Notes: generated by a model from the letters alone, not told the origin. A stretch of 64,000 nt of DNA from Sulfurospirillaceae bacterium (GCA_033723415.1 JAWVXD010000003.1:256001-320000); one strand, 5' to 3'; numbered from the stretch's first letter, positions 18,540 to 29,813 are shown. Numbers and translations are program-made.

Positions 18540-18572
18540 TGTCATACGCTTGTCATGCGCAGTAGATAGAAT
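18540..18572 (+). promoter_or_regulatory. Direct-repeat (OmpR/PhoB-type) operator plus -10 box for the TRAP operon
   Basis: TGTCATacgc-t-TGTCATgcgc with 11-bp period at 18540 and 18551, followed by TAGAAT at 18567. Confidence 0.6.
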
Positions 18573-18627
18573 TTTTCCATATACGCGGGTGATATAGGGT
18601 TATAAAAATTCACATCAAGGAGATGAA

Positions 18628-19692
18628 ATGAAGTTTAACAAAGTTCTTGGAACTTTAGGTTTAGCGGCTGTTTTGGCTGTAGGAGCAACTGCTGCTGATA
18701 AGGTTGTGCATTGGAGATTGGCAATGACTTGGGGGCCAACACTTACGCCATTCGTTAATGCGCCTGCAGAAGTTGCAAAAATAGTGAAAGAATTAAGTGA
18801 TGGAAAATTTACTATTAGAATAGATGCTTCTAATAAAACAAAATCACCGTTCGGTGTTTTTGATATGGTTAAGATTGGTCAATATCAAATGGGTCACTCT
18901 GCTTCTTACTACTGGAAGGGTAAAGATATCGCAACTCTACCTTTTACAACAATGCCGTTTGGTATGACAACTCCTGAGCAATATGCTTGGTTCTACTACG
19001 GTGGTGGTATGAAGTTGATGCAAGAAGTATATGCTAAACACGGACTTTACTCATTCCCTGGTGGAAATACCGGAGCTCAAATGGGTGGATGGTTTAGAAA
19101 AGAGATCAAATCACCAGCTGACTTAAAAGGTCTTAAAATGAGAATTCCTGGTTTTGCCGGTGAAATTATGTCAAAAGTTGGTTGTACAGTTGTAAATATA
19201 GCTCCAGGTGAACTTTATACTTCACTTGAAAGAGGTACTATAGACGCTCTTGAATGGGTTGGACCGGGTATGGATATCAGAATGGGCTTCCACAAAATTG
19301 CTCCTTATTACTATACAGGATGGCATGAGCCGGCAACTGAGTTGCAGTTCCTTGTGAATAAAAAAGCATTTGACGGACTTCCAAAAAAATATCAAGAAAT
19401 GTTAACAGTTGCTATGAGAGTTGCTGCATATGATATGTACATAGAAAACTACCATATGAGTGCTATGGCTTGGACAAAAATGAAAAAAGACTATCCAAAT
19501 ATCAAAGTCTTAACTTTCCCTAAATCTGTTTTTGATGTTTTGAAAAAAGCTAACAAAGAATTATTGGCTCAATACGAAGCAAAAGATCCAGAATTTAAAA
19601 AGATCATAGAGTCTCAACAAGCTTACATGAAACAAGCTAGACAATGGACAAAAATGTCAGATTATCTGTACCTCAAAGCTTCATTCGAATAG
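18628..19692 (+). CDS. dctP: TRAP transporter substrate-binding protein (TakP/monocarboxylate-type)
   Basis: Signal peptide; HSASYYWKGK, GNTGAQMGGWF, KMRIPG and LERGTIDALEWVGP motifs. Confidence 0.92.
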   Translation: MKFNKVLGTLGLAAVLAVGATAADKVVHWRLAMTWGPTLTPFVNAPAEVAKIVKELSDGKFTIRIDASNKTKSPFGVFDMVKIGQYQMGHSASYYWKGKDIATLPFTTMPFGMTTPEQYAWFYYGGGMKLMQEVYAKHGLYSFPGGNTGAQMGGWFRKEIKSPADLKGLKMRIPGFAGEIMSKVGCTVVNIAPGELYTSLERGTIDALEWVGPGMDIRMGFHKIAPYYYTGWHEPATELQFLVNKKAFDGLPKKYQEMLTVAMRVAAYDMYIENYHMSAMAWTKMKKDYPNIKVLTFPKSVFDVLKKANKELLAQYEAKDPEFKKIIESQQAYMKQARQWTKMSDYLYLKASFE

Positions 19693-19701
19693 ACTTTTAT
19701 T

Positions 19702-19769
19702 TTACCGCCACGCTTAATCGTGGCGGTAAGCTTTATAGGAGTTAATAAGGGTTTATTAACTCCTATAAA
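19702..19769 (+). terminator. Two tandem hairpins between dctP and dctQ
   Basis: ttaccgccacg/cgtggcggtaa (19702-19729) and tttataggagttaataa/ttattaactcctataaa (19732-19769), both perfect stems. Confidence 0.7.
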
Positions 19770-19795
19770 ATTTTAAAAACACAACAAGGATATAA

Positions 19796-20329
19796 ATGTT
19801 AGAAAAAATAGATATGTTCTATAATAAAATAACGAAATATTTAGGGTATGTTCTGTTTATCGTGATGATTACAATGACTTTAAATGTTTTTTATGATGTT
19901 ATTATAAGATATGTTTTTAATGGCGGTTCAATCGCTATGCAAGAATTAGAATGGCATCAATTTTCTGTTCTTATTCTGTTGGGTATGTCTTATTCTCTTA
20001 TGGAAGAAGCACATGTTAGGGTCGATGTTCTATATGATCAATGGAGCGTCAGAAAAAAAGCATTGGTAAATATGATGGGTTCTATCGTATTTGTTCTACC
20101 TATAGCTCTTTTGGTAGCATTTAACTCTGTCGATTTTGTCGTTACTTCTTACACATCGCATGAGATCAGCATGGATCCTGGCGGACTTACACACAGATGG
20201 ATCATCAAAGCTTTAATACCTGCCTCATTTTGGGTATTGATATTCTTTGATTTTGGTTATTTTGTAAAGAATTTAAATATATACAAAAAAGCCAAAAAAG
20301 ATGAACAAATAGTACCGGGAGAAAGATAA
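19796..20329 (+). CDS. dctQ: TRAP transporter small permease
   Basis: Four TM segments; RYVF, QELEWH and HVRVD motifs. Confidence 0.92.
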   Translation: MLEKIDMFYNKITKYLGYVLFIVMITMTLNVFYDVIIRYVFNGGSIAMQELEWHQFSVLILLGMSYSLMEEAHVRVDVLYDQWSVRKKALVNMMGSIVFVLPIALLVAFNSVDFVVTSYTSHEISMDPGGLTHRWIIKALIPASFWVLIFFDFGYFVKNLNIYKKAKKDEQIVPGER

Positions 20330-21684
20330 TGGTTGGGATAATAATGTTTTTTGCAGCACTTTTGATGCTGCTTATAGGATTTCCTGTTGCTTTCACATTC
20401 GGTGCAGTTTCTGTAATATTCGGTTTGGCTTACGGTTTGGTTCATGCTATACAAGACGGTGGTCCTCTTTGGAGCGGTTTGGTAAATTACGGTGTAGATA
20501 TGTTCGGATTTATGCCATTTAGAATTTATGCGATTATGCAAAATACTATTTTGATGGCAGTGCCGCTTTTCATCTTAATGGGTGTAATCCTTCAAAAAAC
20601 CAAGCTAGCCGAGAGATTACTGGAATCTATGGGGTTCTTATTCGGCGAGATCAGAGGCGGTGTTGCTATAAGTACTGTTTTAGTCGGTGCTTTATTGGCT
20701 GCTTCAACCGGTGTTGTCGGTGCAAGTGTTGTTGCAATGGGTGTTATATCTCTGCCTGTTATGCTGAAATACAAGTATGACAAACAATTAGCAACAGGTG
20801 TTATCTGCGCATCAGGAACACTTGGTCAGATTATTCCTCCCTCAATCGTATTGATTATCTTAGGTGACGTTTTTCAAGTTCCTGTCGGAGATTTGTTTCA
20901 AGCAGCAGTTTGGCCTGGTCTTTCATTGGTCGGTATATATATTTTATATATTGTGATATTGTCTATAGTTAAAAAAGACACAGCACCTCCTGTTATCATA
21001 GAAGGCGCTCACGGAACAAAAGCACAACAGGTATTTGCCGCTTTTAAAGCGATTATTCCGCCGCTTGTACTAGTCGTATTGGTTTTAGGTTCCATATTTG
21101 CAGGAGTTGCTACACCTACAGAATCTGCAGCGGTAGGCTCAGTCGGTGCTGCATTGCTCGCTGTGATCTATAGAACTTTTTCTATTCAGATGATAAAAGA
21201 TGCAGCTTTAGAAACTGCAAAAGTTACTGCTATGGTCTTTGCCATTTTGATAGGTGCTACGGCGTTTTCAATGGTATTTACTTACTCAGGCGGTGATACT
21301 ATCGTTGAGCAGGTCATGACAAATCTACCTGGAAACGAATGGGGATTTTTGATCACTTCAATGCTAGTTATCATGTTCCTTGGATTTTTCATTGACTTTG
21401 TTGAGATTTCTTATATCATCGTTCCAATTTTGGTTCCAATTGCAACGCATTTAGGTATCAATCCGGTATGGTATGCAATCTTGATTGCCATGAACTTGCA
21501 GACTTCATTTTTGACTCCGCCTTTTGGCTTTAGTCTTTTCTATTTAAGAGGAGTCGCCCCAGATAGTATCCGTACTATTGATATATACAAAGGTGTCGTG
21601 CCTTTTATTTTAATGCAGGTAGCTATCCTTGCTATTCTTATCGTTGAACCTAACTGGTTTGGTATAAGCGCATTTATTAAATAA
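20329..21684 (+). CDS. dctM: TRAP transporter large permease
   Basis: AVPLFILMG, GTLGQIIPPS, ATPTESAAVG and LTPPFGFSLF motifs. Confidence 0.94.
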   Translation: MVGIIMFFAALLMLLIGFPVAFTFGAVSVIFGLAYGLVHAIQDGGPLWSGLVNYGVDMFGFMPFRIYAIMQNTILMAVPLFILMGVILQKTKLAERLLESMGFLFGEIRGGVAISTVLVGALLAASTGVVGASVVAMGVISLPVMLKYKYDKQLATGVICASGTLGQIIPPSIVLIILGDVFQVPVGDLFQAAVWPGLSLVGIYILYIVILSIVKKDTAPPVIIEGAHGTKAQQVFAAFKAIIPPLVLVVLVLGSIFAGVATPTESAAVGSVGAALLAVIYRTFSIQMIKDAALETAKVTAMVFAILIGATAFSMVFTYSGGDTIVEQVMTNLPGNEWGFLITSMLVIMFLGFFIDFVEISYIIVPILVPIATHLGINPVWYAILIAMNLQTSFLTPPFGFSLFYLRGVAPDSIRTIDIYKGVVPFILMQVAILAILIVEPNWFGISAFIK

Positions 21685-21694
21685 TTCTTAACAC

Positions 21695-21723
21695 GTCATG
21701 TCATAGTTTAACTATGGCATGAC
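21695..21723 (+). terminator. Hairpin after dctM
   Basis: gtcatgtcatagtt / aactatggcatgac inverted repeat with one G-U pair. Confidence 0.6.
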
Positions 21724-21754
21724 AACTAGCTATCATCTCTTTTTCATTTTAACT

Positions 21755-21763
21755 TGCTAAAAT
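21755..21763 (+). promoter_or_regulatory. Extended -10 promoter for the D-lactate dehydrogenase gene
   Basis: TGcTAAAAT about 30 nt upstream of the ATG, followed by an aggag RBS. Confidence 0.55.
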
Positions 21764-21791
21764 ACGATAATGTCTTCAAAAGGAGTCTTAT

Positions 21792-24620
21792 ATGTTAGCT
21801 TTAGATGGACCTTATTTAAAATTTTACGATAAGTTATGCGACTTTTTACCTAAAGAGAGAGTATTTACCGATCCTCTTCATACTCTGGTTTATGGAACAG
21901 ATGCATCTTTTTACAAACTTGTTCCAAAAGTAGTGGTATGGACAAATAACTCTCAGGAAGTTGCCTCAATACTAAAGTTGTCATATGATCTTTCCTTACC
22001 TATAGTTTTTAGGGCTGCCGGCACGAGTCTTTCAGGACAAGCAATTACAGATTCGATTTTGGTTGTAACATCAAGAGACTGGAGAGGTAAAAGGATAAGT
22101 GATGATCATAGCCTTGTCAGTTTAGAACCTTCAGTAATAGGATCAGATGCAAATGATTTCCTACTTCCTTATGGCAAAAAAATTGGTCCGGATCCTGCAA
22201 GTATAAGCTCAGCCATGATAGGCGGTATTGCTGCAAACAATGCAAGCGGAATGTGCTGTGGAGTAGCAGATAATTCTTATAAGACATTACATAGTATGAA
22301 AATAATCTTTCATGATGGCAGTAGACTTGATACCGCAGATAAAAAAAGTAGAGAACAATTTATAAACACGCATGGCATGATAGTAGAGGGGATAAAAAAC
22401 TTACATCAAAAAACAAATGCAAACGAAGCCTTACGCGAAAAAATCATTAGAAAGTTTAAGATAAAAAATACTTGCGGATATTCCTTGAATGCTTTGGTAG
22501 ATTTTGAAGATCCGATAGACATCATCTCACATCTTATGATAGGAAGTGAGGGTACTTTGGGTTTTATAGAAGAGATCACATATAAAACTGTCCCTGAGTA
22601 TAAAGACAAAGCCAGTGCTCTTATGATATTTAAAAATATCAAAGATGCCTGTGATGCCGTGATCATCTTAAAAACAGAGTGTAGAGAAAATGTCAATGCT
22701 GCAGAGATCATGGATAGAGCTGGGCTTAGAAGTGTTGAAAATAAAGAAGGTATGCCATCTTTTCTTAAAACTCTAGGGGAGGATGCGACTGCAGTATTGG
22801 TTGAGACAAGAGCACCAAATAAAGAATTACTTAATGACAATATAGAGATCATACTAAATAAGTTAAAACATATAGAACCTGAACTTCCTTTAGAATTTAC
22901 TGATAAAATAGAAGAATATACGCTGTATTGGAAAATTAGAAAAGGTCTATTTCCTGCAGTAGGTGCAGTGAGGGAAGCCGGAACGACTGTGATAATAGAG
23001 GATGTAGCTTTTCCTATAGAAGATTTAGCAGAGGCTACATTGGAATTGCAAGAGCTCTTTAGAAAATATGAGTATAACGAAGCGATTATCTTTGGACATG
23101 CTCTTGATGGAAATTTACACTTTGTCTTTACGCAGGCATTTGATAATGAAAAAGAGATCAAACGCTATGAGTTATTTATGGCAGAAGTGGCTAATCAAGT
23201 GGCTATTAAATATAAAGGCAGTCTAAAAGCGGAGCACGGTACAGGACGAAACATGGCTCCTTTTGTGGAACTCGAATGGGGTGAAGATGCTTATAGGCTG
23301 ATGAAAGAGATAAAGCATATTTTTGATCCAAAAGAGCTTATAAATCCAGGTGTTATACTCAATGATGACAAAAGAGTTCATCTTCAAAATTTTAAATCTA
23401 TGCCAAAAACAGATGATCTTATTGATACCTGTATCGAGTGTGGATTTTGCGAGCCAAAATGCCCTTCAAATTTTATTACACTTACACCAAGACAGAGAAT
23501 AGTTGCAAATAGACATATGACGACTCTGAAACAAGAGAAGAGAAACGATGAACTGAAAGAATTTGAACACTTATATCAATATGACGGCATTGAAACCTGT
23601 GCTACTTGTCAATTGTGCTCAATTGCATGTCCTATCGGTATAGATACCGGGAGTTTAACAAAAAAATTACGCAGCAAACAAATAGGTAAATTTGGACATT
23701 TTATGGCAGGTTATATCGCAAATCATTACGGCGCGGTATTAAGTGTCGGTCGATTGGCATTAAGCGGTGTTAAGGCGGTAAATGGAGTTATCCCTGATAG
23801 TACTATGCGAGGAGTGAGTTTAGGGTTGAGAAAACTATCCGGAGATAGGCTCCCGCTTTGGAGTTCATCATTGCCAAAAGGTGATAAATTTAAGATCAAA
23901 AAAACTATTACCGATGCTAAAGAGAAGGTTGTATATTTTTCATCCTGCATCAACAGAACTATGGCTAATCCAAAGCAAAAAAGTGGTGAAAAGAGTATTA
24001 GTGAAGTAGTTGTTACACTCTTGGAGCGAGCCGGTTATGAAGTTATCATTCCTAAAAATATAGACAATCTATGTTGTGGTATGCCTTTTAGTTCAAAGGG
24101 TTATAAAAGCGAGGGAAAACAAAAATCAAATGAACTCGAAGAGAGCTTACGAATAGCAAGTGAAAATGGCAAATATCCTATTCTTTGTGATATGAGTCCT
24201 TGCAGTAAAACAATAGAACAAAATTTTTCTAAAGATATAAAAGTTCATGACAGTGTTGAATTTATTATGGATTTCTTAGTTGATAAACTAAAGTTTAAAC
24301 AGCTTGATGATCCTATTGTAATTCATACGACATGCAGTACTAGAAAAAGTGGCTTAAGTGAAAAATTTGAGAAAGTAGCTAGAATGTGCAGCAAGAGCGT
24401 AACTATACCTGAGAGTGTAGGATGTTGCGGTTTTGCAGGAGATAGAGGATTTACTTTTCCTGAGTTAAATAAGTCTGCACTAAGGCATCTTAAAGAAGAG
24501 ATCCCTTCAAGGGTAAAATATGCATTTTCTACTAGTAAGACCTGTGAGATAGGTTTAAGTGAGCATAGTGGACTTGATTACAAATCAATTTTTTATATGG
24601 TTGAGCGCTGTACAAGATAA
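21792..24620 (+). CDS. FAD-binding and Fe-S-binding oxidoreductase, probable quinone-linked D-lactate dehydrogenase (Dld-II type)
   Basis: FRAAGTSLSGQ, GPDPAS, NNASGMCCG, GSEGTLG, KAEHGTGRN; two ferredoxin motifs (CIECGFCEPKC, CATCQLCSIACP); two CCG motifs. Confidence 0.85.
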   Translation: MLALDGPYLKFYDKLCDFLPKERVFTDPLHTLVYGTDASFYKLVPKVVVWTNNSQEVASILKLSYDLSLPIVFRAAGTSLSGQAITDSILVVTSRDWRGKRISDDHSLVSLEPSVIGSDANDFLLPYGKKIGPDPASISSAMIGGIAANNASGMCCGVADNSYKTLHSMKIIFHDGSRLDTADKKSREQFINTHGMIVEGIKNLHQKTNANEALREKIIRKFKIKNTCGYSLNALVDFEDPIDIISHLMIGSEGTLGFIEEITYKTVPEYKDKASALMIFKNIKDACDAVIILKTECRENVNAAEIMDRAGLRSVENKEGMPSFLKTLGEDATAVLVETRAPNKELLNDNIEIILNKLKHIEPELPLEFTDKIEEYTLYWKIRKGLFPAVGAVREAGTTVIIEDVAFPIEDLAEATLELQELFRKYEYNEAIIFGHALDGNLHFVFTQAFDNEKEIKRYELFMAEVANQVAIKYKGSLKAEHGTGRNMAPFVELEWGEDAYRLMKEIKHIFDPKELINPGVILNDDKRVHLQNFKSMPKTDDLIDTCIECGFCEPKCPSNFITLTPRQRIVANRHMTTLKQEKRNDELKEFEHLYQYDGIETCATCQLCSIACPIGIDTGSLTKKLRSKQIGKFGHFMAGYIANHYGAVLSVGRLALSGVKAVNGVIPDSTMRGVSLGLRKLSGDRLPLWSSSLPKGDKFKIKKTITDAKEKVVYFSSCINRTMANPKQKSGEKSISEVVVTLLERAGYEVIIPKNIDNLCCGMPFSSKGYKSEGKQKSNELEESLRIASENGKYPILCDMSPCSKTIEQNFSKDIKVHDSVEFIMDFLVDKLKFKQLDDPIVIHTTCSTRKSGLSEKFEKVARMCSKSVTIPESVGCCGFAGDRGFTFPELNKSALRHLKEEIPSRVKYAFSTSKTCEIGLSEHSGLDYKSIFYMVERCTR

Positions 24621-24773
24621 TTTTTTATTTCTTATAAATAGCTTTATTTAGAGAAATGGATTTATATTATTAAGTTTAATTAAAACTTTCTCTCAGTTAT
24701 ATGTTTTGTTTAATAAAAGAAATGTTAGAATACTCCACTTTTAAATAATTACATATATCTAGGAGGTGCTTAT

Positions 24774-25061
24774 ATGGACCATAATATGATCGTTGACGGC
24801 TTAAAGTTTATGGTTTTGGGCATGGTTACTGTTTATCTGTTTTTAATGCTTATGATATTTATATTAAAGATTGAACATAAATTTGTAAGAAAATTTTTCC
24901 CATTTAAAATATCTGCACAAGCTCCTCAACAGGTACCGGTAATAGCAGATGAAAATTATATTAATACCGATACGAATCATAAAATTAATTCAGACGACGA
25001 TTTAGCTCTAATAGCAGCTATAACAGCCGCTATACAACATCATAAAAAACAAAATGGATAA
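24774..25061 (+). CDS. oadG: Oxaloacetate decarboxylase gamma subunit
   Basis: Single TM (LGMVTVYLFL), Pro/Gln linker and C-terminal IAAITAAIQHH. Extended -10 TGtTAGAAT at 24723. Confidence 0.88.
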   Translation: MDHNMIVDGLKFMVLGMVTVYLFLMLMIFILKIEHKFVRKFFPFKISAQAPQQVPVIADENYINTDTNHKINSDDDLALIAAITAAIQHHKKQNG

Positions 25062-25076
25062 AATATAGGAAGGCAA

Positions 25077-26885
25077 ATGGCAAAAAAATATATCGATATA
25101 ATGGATACGACATTTAGGGATGGTTTTCAGTCAGTTTTTGGCGGAAGAGTTTTGATGGACGATTTTATGCCAGCAGTTGCTGCAGCTAGAGAAGCCGGAA
25201 TCACTCACTTTGAATTTGGCGGTGGTGCTAGATTTCAAAGTTTGTTCTTTTATCTAAACGAAAATGCATTTGATATGATGGATAAATTTAGATCAGTTGC
25301 CGGTCCGGATGCAAATCTCCAAACATTAGCTCGTGGTGTTAATACCGTGATGCTAGATACAGGCAGTCGGGAATTGATAGATTTGCATGCTAAAATGTTT
25401 AAAAAACACGGTACAACGACTATACGAAACTTCGATGCACTAAATGACGTAGAGAATTTAAAATATAGTGGTGAGCGAATAACACACCATGGACTAAAGC
25501 ATGAAGCGGTTGTTACGATGATGGATCTTCCTCCAGGATGTGTAGGTGCTCATGACGTGGCATTTTATGAAAAGACACTGAGAAATATCCTAGATGCAGG
25601 GATCCCATATGACAGTATTTGTTTTAAAGATGCAAGTGGGACTTCTAGCCCAAATAAAGTCTATGAAACCATAAAAATGGCTAAAAAACTCTTACCTGAG
25701 GGAACACATGTGAGACTTCATACACATGAAACTGCCGGAGTAAGCGTAGCTTGCTACTTGGCTGCTCTTGAAGCAGGTGCAGACGGTATAGATATGGCGG
25801 CAAGTCCAGTGAGCGGTGGAACAAGTCAACCTGATATTTTAACTATGCTTCACGCTACCAAAGGTATGAATTTTGATCTAGGCGGATTGGAATTAGAAAA
25901 AATATTAAAATATGAAGAAACTCTGAAAGATTGCCTGAAAGATTATTTTATGCCGCCGGAAGCTACACAAGTTTCTCCTCTTATCCCATTTTCTCCAATG
26001 CCGGGCGGCGCACTGACAGCAAATACTCAAATGATGAGAGACAATAAAATATTAGATAAATTTCCTGAAGTTATAAAAGCAATGCGTGAAGTCGTAGAAA
26101 AAGGCGGATATGGTACAAGTGTTACGCCTGTATCGCAGTTTTATTTTCAACAAGCATTCAACAACGTCATGTTTGGTCCTTGGAAAAAGATAGCAGAGGG
26201 ATATGGCAAGATGGTTCTTGGTTATTTCGGACACACTCCATCGATTCCAGATGCTGAAGTTGTAGAATTAGCAAAAAAACAATTAAAACTAGAACCGACT
26301 AATGAAAATGCTGTAGATATTGCAGATAAAGATGAAACTAAATCTTTTGCATTCGTTAGAAGTATATTGGAAAAAGAAGGCATCGAAGCAAGTGAAGAAA
26401 ATATTTTTATCGCAGCTTCTTGTAAAGAGAAAGGTATAGCTTACCTCAAAGGTGAAGCAAAAGTAAATGTTAGAAAAATAGACACTACTGAAAAAGAGGA
26501 GAAAGTAAAAGTGGCAAGTTCAAATGGTGATTATACGGTCGTTGTAAATGGTCAAAAATATAATGTTCAAATCAGTGAAGGTTTAGATGCCAGCATTGAA
26601 GTGAAAGCAGTCTCTCCTGTTGCTCCGGCTGAGTCTTCTGCGGCTCCGGCTGCAAAACCGGCTACATCAGAAAGTGGAACAGAAGTCAAATCAAGTCTAC
26701 CTGGAGTTGTATTTAAAATCTTGGTTGAAAATGGACAAAGAGTAACTAAAGGTGAAGTCCTACTTATATTGGAAGCAATGAAAATGGAAATCGAAGTAGT
26801 TTCACCACAAGATGGAGTTGTAAAATCTATTTTGGTAAAACAAGGTGATAGTGTAGAAGATGCTCAGACTTTGATCATTATGTAA
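25077..26885 (+). CDS. oadA: Oxaloacetate decarboxylase alpha subunit / pyruvate carboxylase B-like biotin protein
   Basis: [26 protein letters not shown] and biotin site EAMKME; flanked by oadG and oadB. Confidence 0.88.
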   Translation: MAKKYIDIMDTTFRDGFQSVFGGRVLMDDFMPAVAAAREAGITHFEFGGGARFQSLFFYLNENAFDMMDKFRSVAGPDANLQTLARGVNTVMLDTGSRELIDLHAKMFKKHGTTTIRNFDALNDVENLKYSGERITHHGLKHEAVVTMMDLPPGCVGAHDVAFYEKTLRNILDAGIPYDSICFKDASGTSSPNKVYETIKMAKKLLPEGTHVRLHTHETAGVSVACYLAALEAGADGIDMAASPVSGGTSQPDILTMLHATKGMNFDLGGLELEKILKYEETLKDCLKDYFMPPEATQVSPLIPFSPMPGGALTANTQMMRDNKILDKFPEVIKAMREVVEKGGYGTSVTPVSQFYFQQAFNNVMFGPWKKIAEGYGKMVLGYFGHTPSIPDAEVVELAKKQLKLEPTNENAVDIADKDETKSFAFVRSILEKEGIEASEENIFIAASCKEKGIAYLKGEAKVNVRKIDTTEKEEKVKVASSNGDYTVVVNGQKYNVQISEGLDASIEVKAVSPVAPAESSAAPAAKPATSESGTEVKSSLPGVVFKILVENGQRVTKGEVLLILEAMKMEIEVVSPQDGVVKSILVKQGDSVEDAQTLIIM

Positions 26886-26895
26886 GGTAAAAGGT

Positions 26896-28221
26896 ATGAA
26901 AAACATATTTTTTGTTTTCTTAATGCTGGCTTCCATTACATTTTTAGCAAGACCGCTTCATGCAAGTGAAATAAATGTTAAATCACAGAAAACAGAGCAG
27001 GTAGCTCAGCATGAAGTAAAAAATATTTCTGAAATGTTTGTAAATTTTTATAAAACTACAGGCATATATGCGTTTTTAAATCCTGTTGATGGAGCCAAAA
27101 ATGCACTTGGTGAACCTTTAAGCAAATTTTCTCAGAGCTGGGGAAGAGTTATCATGATCTTGATAACTTTCTTACTCTTTTATCTCGCCATTGCTAAGGG
27201 TTTTGAACCGTTATTGTTACTCCCCATTGCATTTGGAGGACTTTTGGCAAACATTCCTCTGGCAAATATAATAGGACATGACGGATTTATAGGCGTTTTA
27301 TTTGACGCCGGAATAAAGAACGAACTTTTCCCCCTCATAATTTTCATGGGAGTTGGGGCGATGACCGACTTCGGTCCTTTATTGGCAAACCCAAAGACAG
27401 CTATACTAGGGGCAGCAGCACAATTTGGCATATTCGGCTCTCTTGTAGGAGCCTTGGCTTTAACTCAATACACTCCTTGGTTCCATTTTACGTTAAAAGA
27501 TGCTTCAGCCATATCTATCATAGGTGGAGCTGATGGACCGACTTCAATATTCGTAGCATCAAAATTGGCACCAGATCTTATGGGAGCAATTGCCGTTGCA
27601 GCTTACTCTTACATGGCATTAGTTCCTATTATACAGCCTCCGATTATGAGATTATTGACTACTGTTGAAGAGCGAAAGATTAAGATGAATCAATTGAGAC
27701 ATGTAAGCAAAATAGAAAAATTACTCTTTCCATTGACAGTTTTATTACTATCAATTTTGATTCTACCTGAATCAACACCGCTAATCGGAGCATTGACATT
27801 TGGCAACTTTGCTAGGGTATCAGGAGTCGTAGACAGACTATCTGATACAATGCAAAATTCTTTAATAAATATAGTTACAATATTCTTAGGTTTAGCAGTT
27901 GGATCAAAACTGGCTGCTGAAAAGTTTTTAATACCTGATACGCTAGGAATACTAGCTATTGGGTTAGTTGCTTTTGCCGTAGGTACTGCGGCCGGAGTCA
28001 TAATGGCAAAAATTATGAATAAATTTTCAACTGTAAAAGTAAACCCTTTGATTGGTTCAGCCGGAGTAAGTGCTGTTCCTATGGCAGCTAGAGTCTCAAA
28101 TAAGGTTGGTATGAAAGATGATCCGACAAATATGCTGCTTATGCATGCAATGGGTCCAAACGTTGCCGGAGTAATAGGGTCTGCAGTTGCTGCGGGCGTA
28201 TTACTATCAATATTTAAATAA
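26896..28221 (+). CDS. oadB: Na+-translocating decarboxylase beta subunit
   Basis: [38 protein letters not shown] and [11 protein letters not shown] motifs. Confidence 0.95.
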   Translation: MKNIFFVFLMLASITFLARPLHASEINVKSQKTEQVAQHEVKNISEMFVNFYKTTGIYAFLNPVDGAKNALGEPLSKFSQSWGRVIMILITFLLFYLAIAKGFEPLLLLPIAFGGLLANIPLANIIGHDGFIGVLFDAGIKNELFPLIIFMGVGAMTDFGPLLANPKTAILGAAAQFGIFGSLVGALALTQYTPWFHFTLKDASAISIIGGADGPTSIFVASKLAPDLMGAIAVAAYSYMALVPIIQPPIMRLLTTVEERKIKMNQLRHVSKIEKLLFPLTVLLLSILILPESTPLIGALTFGNFARVSGVVDRLSDTMQNSLINIVTIFLGLAVGSKLAAEKFLIPDTLGILAIGLVAFAVGTAAGVIMAKIMNKFSTVKVNPLIGSAGVSAVPMAARVSNKVGMKDDPTNMLLMHAMGPNVAGVIGSAVAAGVLLSIFK

Positions 28222-28238
28222 TTAGGAAGGAATTTGTT

Positions 28239-29813
28239 TTGAAAGTAAATGGAATTGAGGAATTAGGCTTAGAAAACATGCAAAATGTTTATTATAACTT
28301 AAGCTTTGAAGAGCTTCTTGAGCATGAAACTAAAAATAATGAAGGACGTATTTCCAGCAGCGGTGCATTTACGGTAGATACAGGCATTTTTACAGGAAGA
28401 AGTCCAAAAGATAAATATTTTGTCAAAAAAGATCCATCACAAAAATATATATCATGGGGAAAGATTAACCAACCGACTACACAAGAAGTTTTTGATGATC
28501 TGTATATAAAAGCCAAAAAGCAATTATCAGGTAAAGATATATATATACAGGATGCATTTTGTGGCTCCAGTATGGACAGTAGAAAAAGTATAAGAGTTAT
28601 ATCTGAAATAGCTTGGCAGGCACATTTTGTAAAAAATATGTTCATACGCCCAAATGAAAAAGATCTAGAAGGTTTTTTACCGGATTTTACGTTATATGTT
28701 GCATGTAAAACTTCAGATGATGAATATAAAAAGCATGGTCTACATTCAGATGTTTTTGTTATCTTTAACATAGAAGAAAAAATCGCAATAATAGGTGGAA
28801 CTTGGTATGGTGGAGAGATAAAAAAAGGTGTTTTCTCTATGATGAACTATTGGCTTCCGTTAGAGGGAAAATTATCTATGCATTGTTCTGCTAATGTCGG
28901 AAAAGACGGAGATAGTGCACTATTCTTTGGTCTTAGCGGTACAGGTAAGACAACACTTTCTACTGATCCAAACAGAAAACTAATAGGCGATGATGAACAC
29001 GGTTGGGACGATAACGGTATTTTCAACTTTGAGGGTGGCTGCTATGCAAAGTGTATAAACCTTGATCCAAAAAATGAACCGGAAATATTTGGTGCCATCA
29101 GGAAAGATGCACTATTAGAAAACGTTGTCATTGATGACAATGGAGTAGTTGATTATACTGATGACAGTAAAACAGAAAATACAAGAGTTTCATATCCGAT
29201 ATACCATATAGATAATTTTGAAGAAAGCTCTCAAGCGGGACATCCAAAGAAGATTATTTTCCTAACCGCTGATGCTTTTGGAGTCTTACCACCTGTTTCC
29301 AAGCTTACAAAAGAGCAGGCAATGTATTATTTTATGAGTGGATATACGGCAAAAGTTGCAGGAACCGAAAGAGGTGTGACGGAGCCTGTTGCTACATTTA
29401 GTTCATGTTTTGGTGAAGCATTTTTACCTCTTCATCCAACGGTTTATGCAAAACTTTTAGGCGAAAAGATAGATAAGCACGGCGTTGATGTTTATCTTGT
29501 TAACACTGGCTGGACAGGTGGCGTTTACGGTACAGGCAAGAGAATGAGTATTAAAGCTACTAGAGCTTGTATCAATGCTATATTGGATGGTACAATCAAT
29601 AATTCAGAATTTGAAACAACACCTATCTTTAGGCTAAACATTCCAACCAGCATTGAGGGAGTTGACACAAATATTTTAAATCCTAGAAATACTTGGGCAA
29701 ATAAAAGTTTATATGATGCAACACGTCAAGAACTAGCTGAAATGTTTATAGAAAATTTTAAAAAATACGTAACAGACGAGTCTGACTTTTCTAAGTTTGG
29801 ACCTATACTTTAA
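28239..29813 (+). CDS. pckA: Phosphoenolpyruvate carboxykinase (ATP)
   Basis: [25 protein letters not shown] and NFEGGCYAK motifs. Confidence 0.97.
   Translation: MKVNGIEELGLENMQNVYYNLSFEELLEHETKNNEGRISSSGAFTVDTGIFTGRSPKDKYFVKKDPSQKYISWGKINQPTTQEVFDDLYIKAKKQLSGKDIYIQDAFCGSSMDSRKSIRVISEIAWQAHFVKNMFIRPNEKDLEGFLPDFTLYVACKTSDDEYKKHGLHSDVFVIFNIEEKIAIIGGTWYGGEIKKGVFSMMNYWLPLEGKLSMHCSANVGKDGDSALFFGLSGTGKTTLSTDPNRKLIGDDEHGWDDNGIFNFEGGCYAKCINLDPKNEPEIFGAIRKDALLENVVIDDNGVVDYTDDSKTENTRVSYPIYHIDNFEESSQAGHPKKIIFLTADAFGVLPPVSKLTKEQAMYYFMSGYTAKVAGTERGVTEPVATFSSCFGEAFLPLHPTVYAKLLGEKIDKHGVDVYLVNTGWTGGVYGTGKRMSIKATRACINAILDGTINNSEFETTPIFRLNIPTSIEGVDTNILNPRNTWANKSLYDATRQELAEMFIENFKKYVTDESDFSKFGPIL

Noticed and set aside
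22406..23161. Long antisense ORFs from the track (for example 22406-23161, 35775-36272, 28292-28771, 6515-6982, 38633-39079, 12527-12940)
   Set aside because: They lie opposite well-conserved genes, are Ser/Ile/Phe-rich mirror translations, and lack an RBS or motifs.
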